This document shows, one piece after another, positions 57,401 to 64,000 of a stretch of 64,000 bases of DNA. Both the position numbers and the translations under genes were made by a program. The DNA comes from Gammaproteobacteria bacterium (GTDB lineage Bacteria > Pseudomonadota > Gammaproteobacteria > Natronospirales > JAJUFS01). How positions within the stretch are numbered: position 1 is the stretch's first letter; each line of letters starts with the position of its first letter. The stretch is taken from positions 14,980-78,979 of the forward strand of contig DASVDI010000015.1 in the NCBI GenBank assembly GCA_036381175.1. The letters are read 5' to 3'. The notes under the pieces were generated by a model. That model searched no databases. It saw nothing but the letters and a program-made list of their open reading frames with translations, and had not been told where the DNA came from.

Positions 57401-58079
57401 TCCAGCCGTTGGTCGTCCCCGAATCACGTGGCCACGGGTAAGATGCAGGGTAGCCGCCACCGCCGTGAACTCCTGCATCCGAAGCGCATTCGCGCCACAC
57501 TTTTTGGCTGTCGATCGTGTCAACGCCATTGAAGTCGTCGCTGAGGGATTCCCATTCGCCATTTAGATCCTTGCCGTTGAACTTGTAATCGCCGTTTGGC
57601 CCCGCAGTTCTCGGCCGGAACTCCCCAAACCGGTCAATGGCAACATGGTTATCCCGCACCGCTCTGCAGGCGTTGGCGGAAAGTGGAAAGTTGTCGCCGT
57701 CACACTCCTCGAAATCGTCGTCTGTGACATCGTCAAGATCAGAGTCACCGTCGCCGTCGTTGTCGGCGCTGAAACTGCTCCAGTAGACGGTGTCGGGATC
57801 GCACGGGCCGGGATAGGTCCGGGCCGCGACATAGGCTTCGCCCCAGTAGGTTTCCGGATCAACCGTAAAACCCAGCATGTCCTCACCGTGCTTCGTCATG
57901 CTTCCGGACGTATCGAGCACGATGAGAATGTTGGCGCCGATTGCCGAACTCGAGTCTTCGTTCGTTGAGTTCAGGTAAAGCTCGCTGAGTTCATCCGCAT
58001 ACACAGGATTGATGAGGGTCGCGGTGCACGAAAGAAATGCGAGCAGGAAGTGAAGGATTTTCGCGGTGTCTTGTTTCAT
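54444..58079 (-). CDS. pilY1: Type IV pilus tip adhesin PilY1 (VWA plus beta-propeller)
   Basis: Signal peptide, VLDTSGSM MIDAS, GGTPL.ESL, NDGFLHAIDA, FGMRRGG, DKNGDGLDD Ca loop; GGAGG RBS before ATG 58079. Confidence 0.9.
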   Translation of the reverse strand: MKQDTAKILHFLLAFLSCTATLINPVYADELSELYLNSTNEDSSSAIGANILIVLDTSGSMTKHGEDMLGFTVDPETYWGEAYVAARTYPGPCDPDTVYWSSFSADNDGDGDSDLDDVTDDDFEECDGDNFPLSANACRAVRDNHVAIDRFGEFRPRTAGPNGDYKFNGKDLNGEWESLSDDFNGVDTIDSQKVWRECASDAGVHGGGGYPASYPWPRDSGTTNGWTSAQGQAKNFDDITRRLVATGNYINYFRWSQTRLAAVQTALKEVIAELPPETRLGVMRFDVKVESINEGDSDGAYMIKEFVALGENTQENGNTIISANRQALIDRVYEIDPADDGGTPLGESLFEALQVFRGGSVIFGDGAETWNIDPSVWPWDNNTTNHVNVSSVAESRSSGNSNQYQSPIVFECQKNAVIFLSDGDPSGDTSTDDHFQYLPNAADNYGAATCDDSDGDPNTIDTRSCIREVADYMANEDLLPLMEGEQTVTTYTVGFGTDITAGGSALLTEAAERGGGRFTQVTNYEDLKNAFQVIFREEIASNQTQSSPAVTVNAFNRLSHEDSLYFTMFDPIYDSVRWPGNVKKYRLAEQPDGHYRIVDARNNPALNDDSSTVRIDALSYWTDENNDLAIIANGGQDGNKTKLGGAAGASSIHYAYSWFGDPNNKDLTSTTNAFTLGNLSNETVGLDVDSDLLDEIHSYMIGYDVRDEDNDEDTIEPRRAMGASPHGIPAVVNYGSEEATASQVIYAPTNDGFLHAIDAEEGHELWSFIPTEVMHNFADIYQTPEEPRLAYGLDSSIIHHVEGAGNTEKKWLFFGMRRGGQSIYALDVTDKTSPKLMWRIQGGTEGFENLAQTWSEPRIATIKVGGEATTVLVFGGGYDAATQDSNDATLGYIDDTIGNALYIVDAEDGSLLWQAGPGGDLPLTDMKSSIAAPVEIKDKNGDGLDDLIYAADLGGRIFRFDIDNASGSITGGMIASLSTSGLAGNRKFFNEPDVVLVAKDGLGYWAINIGSGDRERPKSNMTTQNYLFSIKDPYVFDTPTSYNYGITTDDLYDATDNAIQNPDQAAAERAELLQKEGWMIALGYEGEKALAQATTFDYRVFFTTFDPTPLNATDCNSQPGTARLYSLNLIDAGVPDSDNDGVVPPGDRETELPHGTIPPPVTIMFIEDEETGVVETVSFVGRSDYHPDTGKGGAVRRTFWNIQRDDDGVEQ

Positions 58080-58119
58080 GACGACCTCCGTGTCGTGAAG
58101 CTGGATATTGGGTGAATGG

Positions 58120-58548
58120 TCAGGATCCGCCAGGCGCGAGTATATAAATGCCTTGCCGAAGCTTGATTCGGGCTCTTGCATCAGCGCCCGCAGGTGACGC
58201 GCCATCTGCTTCGATGAGAAAGCGGTAGGTCAGCGTCCCGTCGCTATAGCCGCCGTCCGGAGCGGTGCCACTATTGAGAAACTGGATTCTCGAGCTGCCC
58301 GAAATGTTATCGGGCATGTTGGCGCTGATTTCATTGGATGGTGCTTCGTAAGTTGTCAGGAAACTATTGCTTGCGATCTGCGCTTCGATCGCCGCTTCCG
58401 CTGCGTTCATCGCCTGCACATAGAACTGTTCGTTACCGGACATCAGAAGCTGGAATCGTGCAGATTTCATGCTGGCAACGCCGAGGATGGTCAGCACGAG
58501 CAGAAGAATCAAACCGATAATCAGGGCAGCGCCACGTTGTCTTTTCAT
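58120..58548 (-). CDS. pilX: Type IV minor pilin PilX
   Basis: RQRGAALIIGLILLLVLTILGVASM, A.NAAEAAI; no Glu5. Confidence 0.88.
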   Translation of the reverse strand: MKRQRGAALIIGLILLLVLTILGVASMKSARFQLLMSGNEQFYVQAMNAAEAAIEAQIASNSFLTTYEAPSNEISANMPDNISGSSRIQFLNSGTAPDGGYSDGTLTYRFLIEADGASPAGADARARIKLRQGIYILAPGGS

Positions 58549-58567
58549 GTTGGTCTCCCGTTGTTAT

Positions 58568-59572
58568 TCAGTTGCGAAGCGTTACGGTCGCGCTTACCAG
58601 CAGGCGGCGATACTGCTCCGGGTTGTCTTCTACTTCCGTACCGTTATCAGTCGTTGCATCACCGGGGATGTAGCGCTTGCTGGCATATTCGTAAACGTTC
58701 CGCGAGTCATCGTGACCCGGTTCGGGGGTTTCCGAGCGCACGAGCAGCCACACGCGAGCAGCGACCACACGCGCAGCACCTTCTGTTCCCGGTTCCACGA
58801 AGCTGTCGGGTGTACCGTTGTCATCTGTGTCGATGCCATAGTGAATCTGCAGATCCTGCACGCCGGGAACCAGCTCACGATTGTTGAGGTTGGGCCCGCT
58901 GCCCAGGGTGATCCGGCGCAATTCGGGAATGTTCGAGTCCTTGTCGGGCGCGATGAAGTACACGTGTGCGAGCCAGCGACGGTTGCCTGCCGTTGTGGCA
59001 TCCAATCCCGCAGGCATCGGTGTACCGCCGATAAAGAATGCGCCGCGCATCAGGTCGGAACGGATCAGTGTCCGGTTGGCGTGCGCGGGGTTACCAAGGT
59101 TAAGATCATCGATTGTGCCGACCGCGGCGCGCTTCAAGGCAACGACGTCAGTTGTTGATTGGTAACGCTTCTCGTCAAGGCAGGTCGTTGAGAAGTCGGT
59201 TCCGTTTACGACAGGCGGCTGATTGTTGCCAACGACAAGCAGCGAAGTCATGTCGATATACCACCCGACAGTGCAATCCTCGGTACCGGAGCTGCCGGAA
59301 AGCGCGGGCAACTGGCCCACCACGCCTTGCCGGTTGTCTACCAGTGAGGGATTTGAGCTGTTGCCCATGAAGCCCGCCATGCGCAAGTCGTTGACGATCA
59401 CATGCAGGGCGATGCGTCCGTTCTCCTGCATTCTCGCGGCGGTTTCGCTGGTGCGGTAGATTTCCTTGTTGGCGATATAGACGCTTGCCGTCCCGCCGAT
59501 CAGGATCAGGCCGATAAGCATCGCTGTCATCAGCTCGATGAGGGTCACGCCGGTTTGCGCATGCGGTTTCAT
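58568..59572 (-). CDS. pilW: Type IV minor pilin PilW
   Basis: QTGVTLIELMTAMLIGL, MQENGR.AL..I..DLRMAGF, LV.GV..LQI.YGID; ATGA overlap with pilV. Confidence 0.88.
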   Translation of the reverse strand: MKPHAQTGVTLIELMTAMLIGLILIGGTASVYIANKEIYRTSETAARMQENGRIALHVIVNDLRMAGFMGNSSNPSLVDNRQGVVGQLPALSGSSGTEDCTVGWYIDMTSLLVVGNNQPPVVNGTDFSTTCLDEKRYQSTTDVVALKRAAVGTIDDLNLGNPAHANRTLIRSDLMRGAFFIGGTPMPAGLDATTAGNRRWLAHVYFIAPDKDSNIPELRRITLGSGPNLNNRELVPGVQDLQIHYGIDTDDNGTPDSFVEPGTEGAARVVAARVWLLVRSETPEPGHDDSRNVYEYASKRYIPGDATTDNGTEVEDNPEQYRRLLVSATVTLRN

Positions 59573-60078
59573 AACTGCGTCACCACGCTGACTGACGGCG
59601 CGCCTTCGGTGTCGGCTTCTACAATGCCGTCCGACCAGTTCACGGTTATCGTGTATGTGGGCGGTGATGTCGCGTTGTTGAATTCGATGCTTCCCATGCC
59701 TTGCGGCAAACCGCGTTCCTTGTCGACGAGCGCGGTTTTCCATTCGAAGATGTCGTGTGCGGCGAGCGATTCAACAGTGCAGGCTAGCGGGGTTGCATTC
59801 GTGCTGCTCGCGGAACAGGAGTTATCGGTGCCGTCACCGGTTTGATCGACCGCATAAGCAATTCCCGCCGTTCGATTGGCACGTATGCGTTCCGCCATGT
59901 CCCAGGCGAGTGCAACGGCCTTGGTGCGATAAAACGCGCCGCGTGTGTCTTTCGATGCACCCAGGACCATACCGCCAACACCGAGCATGCCGATGGAGAG
60001 TATGAGCAAGGCAATCATGACTTCGATGAGCGAGTAGCCGGACCGGCTTCTCGAAAAGGGTTGAACGTCCATGTCCAC
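59569..60078 (-). CDS. pilV: Type IV pilus modification protein PilV
   Basis: GYSLIEVMIALLILSIGMLG, LA.DMAERIRAN, LPQG.G, ITVNW. Confidence 0.9.
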   Translation of the reverse strand: MDMDVQPFSRSRSGYSLIEVMIALLILSIGMLGVGGMVLGASKDTRGAFYRTKAVALAWDMAERIRANRTAGIAYAVDQTGDGTDNSCSASSTNATPLACTVESLAAHDIFEWKTALVDKERGLPQGMGSIEFNNATSPPTYTITVNWSDGIVEADTEGAPSVSVVTQL

Positions 60079-60172
60079 CTCCGCGTGTGGGGCAACTCCG
60101 TTTGCAGGTGAGAAGCTCGCAGACGCGTGAAGGTTTCGCTACTGGGGTTTTTACGCTTTCAGGACCAGCGTT

Positions 60173-61141
60173 TTAGTTGCGACGATGAACGGTCAGTTTC
60201 GTGATGGAATGGAGTGCGCGGGTGAAATCGTTTTGTGGCAACGCGCCCAATGCACGTTGCGCGGCGTCTGCGGCGGTCTCGGCTTTCTGTCGGGTGTAGT
60301 CGAGTGCAGTGGTTGAGTCGACAGCGCGCATGACGTCATCAAGACGTTCGATGCCGCCATTTTCGATGGCTTCACGAATCAGCGTTCGCTGGTCCGCATC
60401 ACCTTCACGCATGGCGAAGATCAGCGGCAGTGTGGGTTTGCCTTCGGCGAGATCGTCGCCGACATGCTTGCCAAATTCCTTTTCATCGCCGTCGTAATCA
60501 AGCACGTCGTCAATCAACTGAAAGGCTATGCCGAGTTGCATGCCGTACTCGCGCAGTGCAGCGAGCTGGTCGTCATCCGCTTCAGCAAGAATGCCGCCGA
60601 TTTCTGCCGCGGCTTCGAAGAGTTTCGCGGTCTTGCGTTCGATGACATCGAAGTACCGCGTTTCGTCCGTGTCCGGATCGTGCACGTTGAGCAGTTGCAG
60701 CACTTCGCCTTCCGCGATGCGGTTGGTTGCTTCGGCAAACACGCGCTGAATACGCATGTTGTCGGCACGCACCATCATCTGAAAGGCGCGCGAGTAGAGG
60801 AAATCCCCCACGAGCACGCTGGCCTCGTTGCCCCAGATCGCATTCGCGGAATCCTTGCCGCGGCGCATGTCGGAGGCGTCGACGACATCGTCGTGCAGCA
60901 GGGTGGACGTGTGGATGAACTCGACGACGGCGGCAAGACCGATATGATGCTGGCCGCTATAACCCATCGCGCGGGCCGCCAGCAGGACCAGCATTGGCCG
61001 CAGCCGCTTGCCGCCGGAATTGATGATGTAGTGGCCAAGCTGGTTGATGAGGGCAACGTCGGAGGCGAGTTCCTTGCGGATTTCGGCGTCCACGGCCTCG
61101 AGGTCCATGGCAATAAGGCGGCGGATTTCGTCCAGGGTCAT
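60173..61141 (-). CDS. ispB: Octaprenyl diphosphate synthase
   Basis: SGGKRLRP, LLHDDVVD.S.MRRG, GN.ASVLVGDFLYSRAFQMM, FQLIDD.LDY, DDLAEGKPTLP. Confidence 0.95.
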   Translation of the reverse strand: MTLDEIRRLIAMDLEAVDAEIRKELASDVALINQLGHYIINSGGKRLRPMLVLLAARAMGYSGQHHIGLAAVVEFIHTSTLLHDDVVDASDMRRGKDSANAIWGNEASVLVGDFLYSRAFQMMVRADNMRIQRVFAEATNRIAEGEVLQLLNVHDPDTDETRYFDVIERKTAKLFEAAAEIGGILAEADDDQLAALREYGMQLGIAFQLIDDVLDYDGDEKEFGKHVGDDLAEGKPTLPLIFAMREGDADQRTLIREAIENGGIERLDDVMRAVDSTTALDYTRQKAETAADAAQRALGALPQNDFTRALHSITKLTVHRRN

Positions 61142-61359
61142 GGCTTTGGGGGCTGGCGGGAAAGCGGGCATGCTATGAGGGAGCCCGGGATGAGTCAACT
61201 CCGGCATCCGGTCCATGGAACGCCACAAGCCCTTGGTATCGCGGGCTTTTCGGCCTCGCTTCCGCCACATTCTGCGTTTGACTGGGCGGGGGTTCGGCAG
61301 TAAAATGCGCGCCCTTTGCGGAAGATGATTTTCCGCGTGAAACACACTGGAGAGACGCG

Positions 61360-61677
61360 ATGTACGCGGTCATTGAAACCGGCGGTAAGCAATACAGGGT
61401 TGCCGAAGGCGACACCATCAAGGTCGAGAAGCTGGCTGCCGATGCCGGCGCCGCGGTCGAATTCGACAAGGTGCTGCTGATTTCCGATGGCGACAGCAAG
61501 ATCGTCATGGGCGCGCCCTTTGTCGAGGGCGGCAAGGTGACCGCGACCGTGAAGACGCAGGGCCGTCATCGCAAGGTCGAGATCATCAAGTTCCGCCGCC
61601 GCAAGCATCACATGAAGCGCCAGGGGCATCGCCAGATGTTCACCGAGCTGGAAATCACCGGCATTACCGGCGCATAA
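61360..61677 (+). CDS. rplU: 50S ribosomal protein L21
   Basis: [27 protein letters not shown]. Confidence 0.98.
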   Translation: MYAVIETGGKQYRVAEGDTIKVEKLAADAGAAVEFDKVLLISDGDSKIVMGAPFVEGGKVTATVKTQGRHRKVEIIKFRRRKHHMKRQGHRQMFTELEITGITGA

Positions 61678-61693
61678 GCAGAGGTATCAGGCA

Positions 61694-61951
61694 ATGGCAC
61701 ATAAAAAAGCCGCAGGTTCCACCCGTAACGGTCGCGATTCCGAAAGCAAACGCCTTGGCGTGAAAATGTTCGGCGGTCAGAGCGTTGCCGCGGGCAACAT
61801 CATCGTCCGCCAGCGTGGCACGCAGTTCCACCCGGGCGTGAACGTCGGCATCGGCCGCGATCACACGATCTTCGCCACCGCCGAGGGCAAGGTGAAGTTC
61901 GAGACGAAGGGCCCGAAGAACCGCAAGACCATCAGCGTCGTTTCCGAGTAA
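61694..61951 (+). CDS. rpmA: 50S ribosomal protein L27
   Basis: [24 protein letters not shown]. Confidence 0.98.
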   Translation: MAHKKAAGSTRNGRDSESKRLGVKMFGGQSVAAGNIIVRQRGTQFHPGVNVGIGRDHTIFATAEGKVKFETKGPKNRKTISVVSE

Positions 61952-61968
61952 ACGACGTACGGATGCCG

Positions 61969-61996
61969 AAAAAGCCCCGCTCGGCGGGGCTTTTTT
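61969..61996 (+). terminator. Intrinsic terminator
   Basis: aagccccgc-tcg-gcggggctt followed by a T-run. Confidence 0.85.
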
Positions 61997-62017
61997 GTGT
62001 CCGCAACCCTGCAATAA

Positions 62018-63148
<1,131 letters not shown>

Positions 63149-63175
63149 AACATCCTGTCCATTGCTCTTGAAACA

Positions 63176-63204
63176 AAAAAGCCGGTCATTCGACCGGCTT
63201 TTTT
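63176..63204. terminator. Bidirectional intrinsic terminator (obgE/rpsT)
   Basis: aaaaagccggtc-attc-gaccggcttttt. Confidence 0.85.
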
Positions 63205-63221
63205 ATGTCTGGCGGCTTGGC

Positions 63222-63485
63222 TCAGCTCATCGCGCGCACGTGGCCGTTCAGGCGGCTCTTGTGCCGTGCGGCCTTGTTCTTGTGGATGATCCCCTTATCG
63301 GCCATGCGGTCGATGACCGGCACGGCGGCCTTGTAGGCGGCTTCGGCATCGGCCTTGTTGCCGGCGTCGATGGCCTTCGTGACCTTCTTCATCTGGGTGC
63401 GCATCATCGAGCGCAGGCTCGCATTGTGCTCGCGGTGCGTTTCCGCCTGCCGCGCGCGCTTCTTCGATTGCTTCGTGTTAGCCAA
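63222..63485 (-). CDS. rpsT: 30S ribosomal protein S20
   Basis: [29 protein letters not shown]. Confidence 0.98.
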   Translation of the reverse strand: MANTKQSKKRARQAETHREHNASLRSMMRTQMKKVTKAIDAGNKADAEAAYKAAVPVIDRMADKGIIHKNKAARHKSRLNGHVRAMS

Positions 63486-63713
63486 GGTCTTGCTCTCCTG
63501 GGAATCCGGGTGTTTCGCGCCGCGCTGGAATGAGTTCCGGCTCGCGAAAGGCTGCGCATTTTCCGGATTTTTCAGCTTGATGTCAACGACTTGGAGGGCT
63601 CTGTCATCGTCACGACGTTCTGGCGCTGTGCGGCAACGGGTGGCGTCTGTCGTGGCTAAGGCGGGATTGCGCCGGTATCATCAGCCGCCATATTAATAAG
63701 GAATAACGCTCGC

Positions 63714-64000
63714 ATGTCCCGCGCCTTGCTCAGATCGACGTCCCTGGTCGGCGGTTTCACCCTGGTTTCCCGCGTGCTGGGGCTGCTGCGCGATATCGCC
63801 TTCGCGACGTTCGTCATGGTCGGGCCGGCGCTTGACGCCTTTTTCATCGCCTTCAAGATCCCGAATTTCATGCGCCGCCTCTTCGGCGAGGGCGCGTTTT
63901 CGCAGGCCTTCGTGCCGGTCATCTCCGAATACCGCGAAACCCGCGAGACCGCGGAGGTCAAGGCGCTGGTGGATCGTATTGCCGGCACGTTCGGCGCCAT
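63714..64000 (+). CDS. murJ: Lipid II flippase MurJ (5' part, runs off the window)
   Basis: Manual translation MSRALLRSTSLVGGFTLVSRVLGLLRD...DAFFIAFKIPNFMRRLFGEGAFSQAFVPV; divergent from rpsT. Confidence 0.93.
   Translation, partial: MSRALLRSTSLVGGFTLVSRVLGLLRDIAFATFVMVGPALDAFFIAFKIPNFMRRLFGEGAFSQAFVPVISEYRETRETAEVKALVDRIAGTFGA

Overview
GC-rich proteobacterial chromosome segment, probably gammaproteobacterial (inferred from the rplU-rpmA-obgE / rpsT / murJ order, the CTGT-N8-ACAG LexA box and the pilVWXY1E cluster). Most of it is core genome: frmA-fghA formaldehyde detoxification, a LexA-controlled imuA-imuB-dnaE2 cassette, etfAB/ETF-QO, an M16 peptidase pair, gshA, a GGDEF/EAL protein, a TetR-HlyD-ABC efflux operon, AddAB-like helicase/nuclease, can, pdxH, tRNA-Met, tRNA-Pro, minor pilins, ispB and ribosomal genes. 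The accessory region is about 2.4-11.9 kb. An AT-richer block (about 2.9-7.2 kb) carries an FRG-domain gene next to an antitoxin-less RES-domain gene, plus a translationally coupled pair of a divergent YejK/NdpA-like nucleoid-associated protein and an unknown membrane protein. That pair is my best candidate for an undescribed, probably anti-phage, system. The block is bracketed by two inverted copies of a ~400 bp repeat with covarying stems and is followed by a Fic gene with iterated upstream motifs, tRNA-Met and a DUF1778/GNAT toxin-antitoxin. Other highlights: a mevalonate operon with an HMG-CoA reductase-mevalonate kinase fusion and no HMG-CoA synthase in the window; a subclass B1 metallo-beta-lactamase with all six Zn ligands; and a 29 bp gene-end duplication whose only differences are synonymous. 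Family assignments come from motif recognition by eye; no database searches were run.
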